64,000 nucleotides of DNA from Dictyostelium discoideum (GCA_000004695.1 CM000152.2:4928001-4992000); one strand, 5' to 3'. Shown: positions 37,873 through 50,869, counted from the stretch's first letter. Notes: generated by a model from the letters alone, not told the origin. Numbers and translations are program-made.

Positions 37873-39936
37873 CTATGCAGAATCATTGATTGATAAAAGT
37901 GATTTTGCTGCTTCTGCAGCTTCTTCTTCTTTTTCCTTTTTTAATTTTTGAATTGCTTTTCTTTTTCTTCTACAACACTTTCCAATAGCTGAAATGGTGA
38001 ACATAGTAACGAAAACCAATACAATGGAGAGAACACCACTTAAATATGATATGATAATTTCAAGTAAGTTGGCGTTAGTATTCCAAAATGATAAAACATT
38101 AATTTTAGCTTGACAAGAATCAGAGTAAGAAGTGAATTGATAATCACCATAGAATCTTGATATTCCATAGTCACATTGGACCAATTGATAAGAGTTTACA
38201 CTGTAAGGTGCATATTGGAATTGATTATTATTTGCTGATACATCTGAAGATTGAGAGTAAACAATTGATGAACCATTGGAACTGATACGATTAGAGAAAA
38301 GGTAAAGCTCAGAATTTACTGGATTGAAAATAGCAATATTACTTGAGAAATAATTTTTAACATCAGATTTTACGGATAAAACGATAGTGCTATTTTCAAA
38401 GTAAGCAAATGATTCTGTTAAAGTGATAAGATGATATGAAATTTCATAGTTTTTCTCTGAAATTATATTGAATTGATTGGCAGTTACAATACAATTAACA
38501 GCTTTGATAAATGGACCACTTATGGAACCGGAAATACTAACTTTGTTAAAAGAGACACGAGCATTAACCAAATAAAAGAGAGAGTTTGTTCCATTTGACA
38601 CAAATGATAAAGAAACAATAGAAACATTATCCATGGTTAAACTACCTCCGTAAAGTTGTACAAGTGGAGCACTATTAAATATATAATTTGTGTTAAAGAT
38701 TGAATTTGTGATTTTTAAATCAATGGTAAAATCAAAATTGGCATTTAAAACAACTGGATATTGATTATTCATTTGATAATTAAATTGACAATTGTTAAAG
38801 GCGAAAGAAATGTTAATGTTGTCATATGGATAAGAGTTTACACCAAATACTTGGTCTACAACTTCCATATAGAGATCTTGATAATAATTGTTATTATCAT
38901 TTTCACTATTATATGAAGATTCTGATGAATATGATTCTGGTGAATATGATTCTGATGAATATGATTCTGATGAATATGATTCTGATGAATATGATCCTGA
39001 TGATTCTGATCCTGATGATTCTGATGAATATGATCCTGATGATTCTGATGAATATGATCCTGATGATTCTGAATTGAATTCAGATGAATATGATTCTGAA
39101 TTTGATTCTGAATTTGATTCAGATGAAGAGTAAGATTCTGAACCATATGGAAGTTGATTTTTTTTTTGAGCAAGTTGATCATAAGAGTTATAGTTGTTGG
39201 AAACTGAAAAATATGAAAAATCGCTATTTGCACATGAAAATATTACATTTTCTGTTTTTACATTTAAAAATAGATTTTGGTAGGAATTAATATTTGATTG
39301 TAAAAGTAAACCATTCCAAGTGTATGATAAATCACAAGTAACAGTAAGATCTCTAAAAACGATATTTGTTGGAATAATATCATAATAATTTGAATGGTCT
39401 ACAGTGAATTGTGCTGTACCTAATGATGATGATGCTAAAAGTTGAACCGATTCTCCTGGGTTGGCTGCTCCAATTGTAATATTTAAACCATATAAATTGG
39501 TTGGTGTTAAAGAATGATGTGTTCCACGACCCAATAAAATTTCAATTGAAAATTGCTCATAAGAATATGATTTGATTTGATTAATTACATATTCAATTGA
39601 TTTACTTTTGTTTTTTTTTTTTTTTTTTGATAAAAAAAATAAAAAAAATAAATAAATAAAAAATTAGTATAAAAAATAATTTTGGTAAAATAAATAAATA
39701 AAAATAAATAAAAAATAAAAAATAAAAATAAAAATAAATAAAAAAAAAAATAAAAAAAAAAATAAAAATAAAAAATAAAAAAATAAAAAAAAAAAATTAA
39801 CTTACCATGGTTCCGTTGATGCACCACAATTTGGTTGATTATAACCATTAAAATCAACATATTTTTGAAATGTGATTTGGCCAAGTGATATATTTACTAT
39901 TGAAAGTAATACTACTAAAAGATTAAATATTTTCAT
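37873..39936 (-). CDS. Type I membrane glycoprotein, paralog 2, with an internal Ser/Glu/Tyr-rich tandem repeat. Exons: join(39936..39806, 39604..37873).
   Basis: Exon 1 reads MKIFNLLVVLLSIVNISLGQITFQKYVDFNGYNQPNCGASTEP plus TG, followed by a GTAAGT donor. The acceptor is caaaag at 39606-39605. The junction codon TGT encodes Cys. Exon 2 reads CKSIEYVINQIKSYSYEQFSIEILLGRGTHHSLTPTNLYGLNITI..., then a (SESYSSE)-type repeat, a TM segment (LSGVLSIVLVFVTMFTISAI) and a KKEKEEEAAEAAK tail. Confidence 0.7.
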
Positions 39937-40326
39937 ATTTTTGTATAAAAAAAAAAAATTAAACTAAAAAAAAAAAATTTAACTAAAAAAAAAAGATTTA
40001 TAAGGAGGAAAAAAAAATATTAAAAAAATATTAAAAAAATAAATAAAAAAAAAAATTAAAACAATTCTCTCGAAAAAAAAAGTTGGAACTGTTTTTACTT
40101 TTTTCTGAATTTTTGCTATAATATTATTGATGATGATGTGTTTGTTTTGTTTTTTCAATAAAAAAAAAAAATAATTAGAAAAAAAAAAATTAATAATAAT
40201 AAAAAAAAAAATAATTTATTTTGGGATTGATTATTCAAAATGAGTTATTTTTTTATACAATATTAATTTTTTTTATATTCCATAGTTTTTTTAACACCTT
40301 TGCCAAAAATAATCTATATTTAGGGT

Positions 40327-40362
<36 letters not shown>

Positions 40363-40464
40363 CGTTTATTTATTCGATAAACTTTGAATAAAATAAATTT
40401 TATTTAATATTTTTAATATTTTCTCCTAAAATTAAATTGTTGTTGTTATTGTTATTAATTATTA

Positions 40465-42967
40465 TTAAACCTTTTGATATCCATCATGTAAAGATTCAGT
40501 TAAATTAATATCAATTTTAGCACCTTTGATTTGATCACAGTAAGGAGTGTCAGAAAAATAGATTTGATTTATATTCTTTGGTTCCAATTCTTTTTTAATT
40601 CTTTCAGCCAAACCTGGAATACAAGAGAAACCACCAGTGATGACCAATTTTGAGAGATCATCTAAATTATTTTTAAAAGCTGGACGATTTCCCATTTGAT
40701 TGACGAAATTGGTGAGTGTAACGATAATATTTTCAGAGGCTTTATTTTTTTCAGAGAGTTGTGGATTAAAGTAGATTTCTGGAATTTTCGTAATGAATTG
40801 TTTGGAGGTTGGAGTATTTCTTTGTTCATTTTCAAAATCTAGACTAACTCTGACCATTTGATACCATGTAGGTTTTAATGAAAGACCACCTTTAGTAGTA
40901 GAATAGGAGGAATCTTGATAAGAGTAACTTTTAGTATACAAATCTTTATGACATTCAGAATTTTCACCGGCCATTGCAGCTATGCTATTAGCTTCATCAA
41001 TGATATCTTGACCAATCATAGATAAATTGATTGCATCAATTTGTTGACCATCTTGAAAAGCGGCTAAAACAGTGGTTTGACTACCAAACATTAAAACCAA
41101 ACCACTCTTTAATCCATGGGATTGTAATGCTAATAAACCACCATTTTTATAGAGAACCAATTCATTTGGTAGGTATCTTCTAATCTTTGAAAGATAATTA
41201 CCACCATCAGAACCAGCATAATTCAAAGGATTTACAATTAAAACGATTGGGGCATTTATTCTTATTCTTTTGAGTACTCTTTGAACCGAATATTTAATCA
41301 ATTCTTTCAATGGTTCATTCTCGAGGAATCTACCATTTCTAACACCAAAATAAAGGTCAGAGGTGGTTGTATCAGGACCAACTACCCATTTGTATCTATC
41401 CATTGACGACATAACATAGTGAGGTTGATATTCTTGACGTTTACCAACTCTTTGAACAAAAGAAAAAGCATAATTTATAGGTTCTGAGGAACTACAAAGT
41501 TTAACTCTCTCTGAGCCTATATCTAGGATCACGATTTGATTCTTTTTATAAAAGGTGTGAATATTTTGATAGGTTAACATCCATCTCTTGACATCCATTT
41601 TGGTTGGTTTTGATTTACTAGATTTAACAATTGATTCGTGGATTGAATTAACTTTGAAATTCAATACGTAATTCTTTTCAAAATTGAATGCCTCCATTGA
41701 GAAATCACGAATATAAATTCTTCTCCAAAGTGAATCCTTTGCCACGATGGTTGCAAAGTACTTACTGGTGACCCTTAATCTACCCAAATCAATTGGTTTC
41801 AATAGCACTAAAATATCGAATAGTTGCACCTCTGGTATGGTTGATAGTGTCACCAATGGTTTCTTTCTCAATGGTGATGTCACTGAAATATTCATATTCT
41901 TTATCTTTTGAGTGATTGCATCAATTGATGGATAACCCGTCAATAACATTTGAGCCTTTACATATAACGAAATTGCAGACTCAAGATCTTTCTCATCCTT
42001 TTCCTTTGAATCGGCTTTAAAGAATGTTGTCTTTGCCAATTCCATCTCTGCCTTCTCTTGAGCTGAAATCTCTTCATCCAAATTCTTATCTATACGAAGG
42101 AACATCATATCGACACGAACAATATATTTGACACCCTCTAAAACTTCTCCACCATCATGGAGAGTATCATGATTGAAAATGATTGCACTACCACTCTCTG
42201 GAACTACTGTGTCCTCCAATACATGTTTATCCAATAACAATGGGTTCTCAGAGGTAAAGAAATTGGTATTACCACCTTTAAATCCATCGTTTAAATAAAT
42301 TTGAATGGTATAAATTGAACGTCTATCTGGGTTGTCTGCAAATACTGCATCATAATGTGCCTTGAATCTACTACCTGGTAAATATTTGCTAAATGTAAAA
42401 CAATTATCAATACCAATTGGAATCCAAACTCCCTTTTGATCGAAACCATAAGGTCTAACACCTTCCAAATCACTCTCTCTAAAAATTGCTTCTAATCTTT
42501 CCCATAAAATATCTGATAATTTATCACTCTTTCCTAAATATCTTAAATTATTACGATATCCAGTTGGAAATTCTTTTTCAATTGAAACATAACCTTTTCT
42601 TTCACTTTCTTCAATAAAATGTCTTTATTTATTTTATTTTTTTTAAAAAATATATATATACAAATAAAATAAAATAAAATAAAATAAAAAATAAAAAATT
42701 AATTGATTTTTTTTCTTTTTTAAAAAAAATTTTATAAAAAATAAAAATAAAAATAAAGAAATAAATTAGAATCACTTACAAACATTCTTCTTTTGTTAAA
42801 ACATTTGTAACTTTAAAACCATTTGAGGTTGATAATTTTAAATCTGTTCTTTTTAATAATTCAGGTTTAAAATTTTCATTAGTAATGTTTTCATTAAAGC
42901 TTAATAAATCACTACCTGTTATAACCCTATTTTCTGGACATGTTGTTGTTGCACCTTCTTCTGCCAT
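40465..42967 (-). CDS. Multidomain protein with a prolyl-4-hydroxylase-like 2OG-Fe(II) oxygenase domain, an F-box, and an actin-related (Arp-like) domain. Exons: join(42967..42780, 42622..40465), about 780 aa.
   Basis: Exon 1 reads MAEEGATTTCPENRVITGSDLLSF...TKEEC plus TT, with a GTAAGT donor at 42779. The acceptor is aaag at 42624-42623. The P4H-like core is FKAHYDAVF...IYTIQIYLNDGFKGGNTNFF...GSAIIFNHDTLHDGGEVLEGVKYIVRVDMMF. The F-box is LSTIPEVQLFDILVLLKPIDLGRLRVTSKYFATIVAKDSLWRRIY. Actin-fold motifs are IVILDIGSERVKLC...YAFSFVQRVGK and LVITGGFSCIPGLAERIKKELE. All three domains lie in one uninterrupted 667-codon ORF. Confidence 0.65.
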
Positions 42968-43131
42968 TGTTATATATAACAATTATAATAGTGTCTTTTT
43001 AAAAATAATAAGAAAGAAAAAAAAAAAAAAAACTTTCAAAAAAAAAAACTTTCAAAAAATAAATGAAAAAAAAATCATAAAAATTCCATGAAAATACTAG
43101 AAAATCTTGTTTTTTTTTTTTAAAAGTTTCT

Positions 43132-43174
<43 letters not shown>

Positions 43175-43504
43175 AAATAAAATAAAATAAAATAAAATTA
43201 AATAAAATTAAATAAATAATAATATTTAATACACAAAACTTTGTCTCACAGTATCATCACAACAATCATTATCACAATATATTTTATTTTTATATATTAT
43301 ATATGACTTTTTTCAAAATTATCAACTAAACAGATATTTTGAAAATTTTTAAAAAAATCGTCCACAAAATTTTTTTTTCACCCAATTCGGATTGGATCAA
43401 TACAATCATCTGTATTGTTCCACCCACCCAACATTGCATTTGGCATGTTTATATTCTTAGAAATTATTAAAACCAAAGTTTAAAAGTAATACTTTGTATT
43501 TAAT

Positions 43505-43572
<68 letters not shown>

Positions 43573-43938
43573 TCCAAGACACTAACACAGAAAGTGGTGA
43601 TTCAAAAAAATAAATTGTAATAAAATAAAGGATAAAAAAAAGGAAAAAATAAACAATTATTTTACAATTTTTTATTTGGACGGAGTTATTGTTAAAATTG
43701 ATTTTTTTTTTTTTTTTTTTTTTTGACAAGCTGGTATCGATTGTGGTTATATAATATAACTAAATCATCAGCATAACTTAAAAGTAAAATGGGTATATAC
43801 ACTGTTGTTGCTGCTGTAGTTGTTTTTTCTGTTGTGTTGTTGTTTACTGTTGTTTTTGTTGTTTGTTGCTGTTGTTCTATGTGTTGATGCTGTTGTTATT
43901 ATTATTATTATTATTATATTTATTTTTATTTTTATTTT

Positions 43939-45927
43939 TTATTTTACTTTTGTTGCCATTGGTACTATATCAATTGGTAAATTAAATCTAAAACCTTTTA
44001 AATTTATAAGTTTAACAGTTGGTGGTATTGAACCTTTAGTGAAAATTTGACAAATATCATAGATTGATATTTCTTGAACAGATTCAGGTATTATACCTTT
44101 TGTTATTGTATGAGAGAAACCATCGGTAAACATTAAATATTTAATAGTATTTGGTATTGAACCAACGGTTAGAGGATGACGTATATCACCCAAATACAAA
44201 GTATCAACCGAGGAAGGTATGATATCAGTATTGATATGATGAGTGAACCCATTTGCAAATATTAATTTCCTAACGACACTTTCATTGATTGAACCTTTTT
44301 GTAAGGGTTGAATGATATCGAAAAAGTATAATCTTTCCAAAGCAACAGGGAAATTGAAACCATTGTTAAATACATCGGGAGTGATAGTGAAATTGAAACC
44401 ATTATTAAACACCAACTCTTTTATTGTTGAGGGTATGGACCTACGAGTGAGTGGTTTCTTTATTGAACCTATATAAAGTGTTTGTACGGAACGTGGTATT
44501 TTACTAGCTTTGATAATATGTGAAAATCCATTATCAAAGTATAACTCTTGAATGGTATTTGGTATTGATTCTTTAGTCAATGGTTGTACTATATCGTTGA
44601 TGTATAATGATTGAACCGTTGGTGGTATAACATCACTACAAATTGGATGTTGATAACCTTGATCGAAAAACAACTCTTTTACACCTCTACCCACTGACCC
44701 CCTAATTAATGGTTCCTTTACATTATGTAACATCAATCTACTAATCGATGGTGGCATAATATCATTTGTAATTAAAAAACTATATCCATGTGATAAACTT
44801 AACATTGTCACCGTTGGAGGTATTGATTCCTCTGTCAATGGTTCAACAATATCACAAACATACATCTTTACAACTGATAATGGTATTATCTCTTTTTTAA
44901 TCTTTTGATTAAATCCACTACAAAATATAATTTCTTTTAATTTATTATTCTTAAATTCATTATTTGTGTTATTATTATTTTTATTATTATTATTATTATT
45001 ATTGTTGTTGTTATTATTGTTATTGGTATTAATTGATGATTTAATTAATAAAGATTGATTTGTTAAAGGTTGTTCTAATTTACCTAAAAATAATTTAACA
45101 ACAGTTGGTGGTATCATTGTTTCACCGATTATTTGATGAGAGAAACCATTGAAAATATACAAATTTAATAAATTACCATTATGTGGTAATGATAATTCAT
45201 CCAATGGCTCAACTATATTACCAATTGAAATGGATGTAATTGTTGATGGAATTGTATCGGCTCTAATAGTATGATTAAAATCATCATAAAATATAATCTC
45301 TTTAATTGTTGAAGGTATTGAATCTGATGTTAATGGTTTTTCAATTGAACCAATAAATAATTTTTCAACTGTACATGGTATAAATCCTTTACTAATTTCA
45401 ATATTAAATCCATCATATAAATATAAATTCTTTACACTTGATGATATTTTAATTAAATTATTATTATCTTCTTCCTCCTCTTCTTCTTTTTCTTTTTCTT
45501 TTTCAATATTTTCAATATTTTCAATATTATTATTATTATTATTATTATTATTCTTTTTATTTTTTTTATTTTTTGATAATTTTGTAATTGCTAAATTTAT
45601 AATACCATCTGGAATTGGTTCGCCGTGATTTAAATAAAATTCTTTATCTTTACAACATTCTAAAACTATTTTTTTATCAATCATTAAATGACTATTATTA
45701 TTACTTTTGAATGGTTGAGAATCAACAATGAAATTGGTTTTAATTAGTTCAAATGCTGTATCCAAAATATCTTGATTAATTATTAAATTACTTTCTTTAA
45801 AATGTTCATATCTTTTTAATTTCCTTTCAACTAATCTATTGGTTTTATCACTATCCTTTAATAATGTTATATATTTATTTTGTTGATCTTTTTGTTTATT
45901 AATTATTTCAACTGATGTTTGTTGAAT

Positions 45928-45986
<59 letters not shown>

Positions 45987-46761
45987 GCTGTTGTTCTGAA
46001 TTATTACTATTATTATTTATAGCACCAGATGAAGATGATAATGTAGTAGAGGGAGTAGATGTTGTTGTTGTTGTTGTTGTTGTTGCTGTTGCTGTTGTTG
46101 TTGTTAATGGTTTTAAAATATTATCTAAATCATATAAATTTATATTGTCATTATGTTTATTTATTAAATTTGTAATTAATTGATTATCTGTATCAATTTC
46201 AGATTTAATTTGTAGAAAGGTTTCTTCATTTTCTGATAGTTTAGTTTCTAAAGTTCTCTTTATATTGAGTTCTAAAATTGATAAAATGTTATGTAGTTGT
46301 TTGAATTTTGATGTTAATGTTGTTAGATTGACTTTATGTCTATCTTGAATTTGTTGAAAACAATCCTCCACTGCGTTCATTATCGCTTTATCACTCTCTC
46401 TATATCCTACCAATGATGGAAATTGTTCTTTAAATTTGTCCAATATCTTTTTAGATTTCTCTAGATTCAATTCACTGAATTTATGTCCATTATGCGTTGA
46501 TATTATACATTTAACACAAACTGGACTAATACATGAATCACATATATACACTATATCATTATCTCTATGATATGAACATTTTGAATCTTCAATCTCTTCT
46601 ATATAATTATCTTCTCCACCACTATCAACTCCCTCGCCACCATTTTCTTCATCTTTAAAATAATTATTAAATGTATTATTATTATTACTAATATTATTGT
46701 TATTATAACAATTATTATTATTATTATTATATATTGAGTTATTTATTCTTGAAGGAACCAT
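43939..46761 (-). CDS. B-box zinc finger / coiled-coil / FNIP-repeat protein. It is a single exon of 940 aa.
   Basis: The B-box is CSYHRDNDIVYICDSCISPVCVKCIISTHNGHKF. A coiled-coil region, poly-Thr and a (CAA)n poly-Gln tract follow. The C-terminal half consists of about 15 tandem FNIP-type repeats (DGFNIEISKGFIPCTVEKLFIGSIEKPLTSDSIPSTIKEIIFYDDFNHTI...). Confidence 0.75.
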
Positions 46762-46871
46762 TTATTTTTTTTTTTATTTTATTTATTTTATTTTTTTTAT
46801 TTTTATTTATTTTATTTTATTTTTTTATATAATTATTTTTTTTATTTTTTATTTTTTATTTTTTATTTTTT

Positions 46872-46903
<32 letters not shown>

Positions 46904-47136
46904 GTAGAAATTAATTTTTAAATTTCCAAATTTGAAAAAAAAAAAAATTTTTTTGTAACGCTACACCATAAATTTTCGAATTTTTAAAATAATGATAAAA
47001 AGAAAACTATAATTTTTTTTTTTTTTTGTGTGGTGGGTTTAAGAAGAAAAAAAAAAAAAAAATTTTTGATTTTTCGCATGACAACCTTTCCATTTATTTT
47101 ATTTTATTTTTTATTTTTTTTTTTATTTTTTTTGTT

Positions 47137-47176
<40 letters not shown>

Positions 47177-47774
47177 AAAAAACAAAACTTTGGGAGTGAT
47201 GTCATTTATTCAAAACCAATGAAAAGAAAAGTAAAAATTAAAAATAAAAATAAAATTATTATAAAATCCCAATAAAAAAAAAAATGAGAAAAAAATTAAT
47301 TAAAATAAAGCTCGGAAAGAGTTTCCGATTTTTTTTTTTTTTTTTTTCCAACCAGGCTATTATTTTTTTTTTTGTAATTATACTGAAAAAAAAGAAAAAA
47401 AGCATTTTTTGGAGAAATATATTTTTTAAAGATTGTAATAATAAATAAAAAGAAAGTTTTTCTTATAGTGAAAGGAAATTATGGGTTTGCTGTGAACAAG
47501 AGATTACTTTGCTCTTGACATCTTCATATATTAAAAAAGATATAAAATTGAAAAAATTAAAATAAAATTTTTTTTTTTTTTTCAGGAATTGAATCGGGTT
47601 ATAATTAAAAAAAAAAAAAAAAAAAATATGAATAGATGTTATTCAAAATCCATAGAGATAAAGGGCATATATATATAAATAATTTCGAACACTAAAAAAA
47701 TACTAATACAAATTATATTTCATATTGACTTAAAATTTTTTTTTTTTTTTTTTTCAATAACACTATTTTATTTT

Positions 47775-48524
47775 TTATTGAGGTGTTGTTGCTTTTGCTT
47801 TTTTAATTGCTTTCATTTTATCTAATAAATTTTTTTGATCTTTAAAAATGGTTGAAGTTATTTTTTTACATAATGACCCAAATTCAAAGTTTTCTTCTTT
47901 GCTATTAAATTTTTTATAAGATTGTTTGATTACTTCCTCAATACCTTCTTTGTATGAAACTAAAAATAAAAATAAAAAAAAAGTTAGAAAAGTTTTATTT
48001 ATTTTTTTTTTGATTAACTATTACTTACTATATTCAACATGTTTTTCAAAAAGTGGAATTAATTTTTTCAAATCAACAATAATTTGATCTCTTTTAGTTT
48101 GTTGATCTAAAATTTGTTTTTCAATTGCTTTTTTATCACTAGTTTGATCATCTGAATCAAGTATATATTGAAGTGTGTAAATTGTTTGAACTGGTTGACA
48201 AATTGATGTCTATAAATTGATTGATAAAAATTAGGAAATGAGGGGGTGGGGTGGCTAACCACTTTTGAATTATATTATTATTATTATTATTATTATTTTT
48301 TTTTTTTTTTTTTTTAATTAATTACTTACAACAACTTTTTTAACATTACCAAGTTCTTCTCTTAATTTTTCAGTTTCATTATATTCTTCACCATAATCTT
48401 CTTTAACTGGTGCTTCTGTTTGAATTGGATGATTCATCCAATCTGCATGTGATTCCATACCAGTTGGAATTTCTTTACCACCTAATGGTACAACTTTTTG
48501 TTCATGTTCTGAATGTGGATCCAT
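47775..48524 (-). CDS. Hypothetical small protein of about 187 aa. Three exons: join(48524..48330, 48209..48029, 47959..47775).
   Basis: Exon 1 reads MDPHSEHEQKVVPLGGKEIPTGMESHADWMNHPIQTEAPVKEDYGEEYNETEKLREELGNVKKVV, with GTAAGT at 48329. Exon 2 reads TSICQPVQTIYTLQYILDSDDQTSDKKAIEKQILDQQTKRDQIIVDLKKLIPLFEKHVEY, with GTAAGT at 48028. Exon 3 reads ISYKEGIEEVIKQSYKKFNSKEENFEFGSLCKKITSTIFKDQKNLLDKMKAIKKAKATTPQ*. Phases are consistent. I did not recognise a family. Confidence 0.55.
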
Positions 48525-48648
48525 TTTAATATATCTTTATTATTATTATTATTTTTAACCAAAAACTTTTAAACTTAAGGGTTTGTTATTTGAGTCTGAT
48601 TAGAAAAATTAAAAATAAAAATAAAAATAAAAAAATTTCATTGCCCAA

Positions 48649-48696
<48 letters not shown>

Positions 48697-49090
48697 CAAA
48701 AAGTTAAACACATAAAAATTCTCGCATTTTGAATTTTTGTGATATTTTAAGTCATTTTTTCAGCCAAAACAAATAAAATTTTTGGTTAAAAAAAAAAAAA
48801 AAAAAATTAAATAATGCAAAAAACAGAATGATTACATCCTTTTTTTTTTATATTTTAAAATGGTCATTTGGCTATTTTTGAGCTCTCTTTTTTTTTCTAA
48901 AATACTAAATCCATATTAAAAATAAATGAAAATAAATCATTGTTATAAAAAAAAAAAAAAAGAAAATAAAATTTTTTTTTTTCCAGATTCTAAATTTTTA
49001 TTTTTATTTTTATTTAATAAGAAAAAAAAAAAAAAAAAAAAAAAAAAATATTTATTGTTATTAATTTTTTAAAAAATTTGATTGAATTGA

Positions 49091-50539
49091 TTATTTTGGT
49101 AATTTTTTTAATTCATGTAATAACCAAATGGCAACACTTAATAAAGTTAAACTACCAGTTTGATGAGCAGCACCTAAAGAAACTGGAACAAAAGTTAAAA
49201 GGGTTGTAATACCTAAAGCGACTTGAGCGGTACCAACAGCTAAAAGACAATTTGTTGCTAAACGAGCTTTTGGTGACAAAGCAAGACGACCACGATAAGC
49301 GAAAGCGGATAAAGCTAAAATTGAACCATAAGTGATTGTAGCCAAAACTCTATGTTGGAACTGAACGGTAACATCATGTTCAAACATATTCTTGTAGGCT
49401 GGTTTAATCTTTGGATTAATGATATCATCTGGAATCCATTGATGACCCATTTTTGGAAAAGTATTATAAACCAAACCAGCGTCTAAACCAGCGACGAATG
49501 CACCACTCATTGCAGTTAAAAATATTAAACCACTTACTTGATGAGAGTATTTCTTCATTTTTTCAATTGTGAATGATGATTTTTGTTGAGCAAGTGTCGA
49601 CATTGCAGACTTCAATTTCTGCATCATTGCAGGTGACAAAGCTGATGGTCTGACCAAGCCCAAGCCAAACCAAAGCAATGCCATATAAATCACAAATGCA
49701 CTACCTAAATGGGCGGCTAAACGGTATTGACTGACTCTTGGTATGTCGCTACCACGATCTTGGATCAACTTTTCATCCAAACCGGATTTCACCATATACC
49801 AACCCAATGCACCTTGTGCACCACCCATTAAAAATACAACTGATAACTTTTTAGCTAGTGAACGATTGATATAACCTTTCTTTAAATACCACACAAATGG
49901 GAAAAAGAAAGCTACACCAATAACTCTACCCAATAAACGATGAGAATATTCCCAAAAGAAGATCTCTTTAAATTCACTCAATGTCATACCCATATTCAAT
50001 CTTTTATATTCTGGAAATTGTTTATACTTTTCAAATTCAGCTTCCCATTCCTCTTGAGTAATTGGTGGAATTGCACCAACAACTGGTTTCCAATCAACAA
50101 TTGATAATCCTGATTCTGTTAAACGTGTAATACCACCAATAACAATCATTGCACCAACTAATCCACATGAAAATAATAACCAATTACCAACTTTTTTATT
50201 ACCTTTACTTTGTTCTGGTTCTTTATAATCTTCTTCATTATTATTACTACTATTATCATTTGTTTTTTCTTCTTCTTTTACTTGTTCATTTGAATTTGTT
50301 TTATTTTCATTTGAATAAAATCTTTTATAATAATTATTATTATTATTATTTAATGAAATTATTGAATTTAATTTTGAATTTGATTGTAAAAAACCATTAT
50401 TAAAACTTTGATTAATATTATTATTTTTTGATAATCTAGATGATACTGATAAAATATTACTATTGTTTATAATAAGGTTTGATTTTGTTTGTTTAAAGAT
50501 AGATGGCTTTAAACATCTTAAACCAGCTCTATTCAACAT
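49091..50539 (-). CDS. cox15: Heme A synthase COX15 (cytochrome c oxidase assembly protein). It is a single exon. The true ATG is probably at 50539, because the ORF track starts 2 codons upstream at GTG 50545.
   Basis: A mitochondrial presequence (MLNRAGLRCLKPSIFKQTK) is followed by the CtaA/COX15 core (GGITRLTESGLSIVDWKPVVGAIPP...EFKEIFFWEYSHRLLGRVIGVAFFFP...). This includes conserved His-containing TM helices and multiple TM segments. Confidence 0.85.
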   Translation of the reverse strand: MLNRAGLRCLKPSIFKQTKSNLIINNSNILSVSSRLSKNNNINQSFNNGFLQSNSKLNSIISLNNNNNNYYKRFYSNENKTNSNEQVKEEEKTNDNSSNNNEEDYKEPEQSKGNKKVGNWLLFSCGLVGAMIVIGGITRLTESGLSIVDWKPVVGAIPPITQEEWEAEFEKYKQFPEYKRLNMGMTLSEFKEIFFWEYSHRLLGRVIGVAFFFPFVWYLKKGYINRSLAKKLSVVFLMGGAQGALGWYMVKSGLDEKLIQDRGSDIPRVSQYRLAAHLGSAFVIYMALLWFGLGLVRPSALSPAMMQKLKSAMSTLAQQKSSFTIEKMKKYSHQVSGLIFLTAMSGAFVAGLDAGLVYNTFPKMGHQWIPDDIINPKIKPAYKNMFEHDVTVQFQHRVLATITYGSILALSAFAYRGRLALSPKARLATNCLLAVGTAQVALGITTLLTFVPVSLGAAHQTGSLTLLSVAIWLLHELKKLPK

Positions 50540-50869
50540 TGTCACTTTTTTTTTTTTTTTGGTTTAAACAAAAAAAATAAAAAATAAAAAATGATAACAA
50601 AAAAAAAAAAAAAAAAAAAATGAAAAAAAATAAAAAAAAATGAAAAATTAACAACGCAATTTGTCAATCACCATAATTCGGGAATTTCAAGTAAAAAATA
50701 AAATAAAAGATATTTTTGAAATTTACATTAATTTTAGTTTTTTTTTAAAAAGAAAGAAAATAGTTTTTTTTTTTTCTTTTAAAAGAAAGAAGAGATTTAA
50801 AAAAAAAAGATCCAACATTTTATTAATATTTTTTTTTTTTTTTTGAATTTAAAAAAAAAAAAAAAAAGT

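Noticed and set aside
38826-39290. Four overlapping ORFs on both strands (DSDEYDSDEYD..., HQNHQDHIHQ..., MNMILMNMIL...).
   Set aside because: They are alternative-frame readings of the 18 to 21-nt Ser-rich coding minisatellite of glycoprotein paralog 2.
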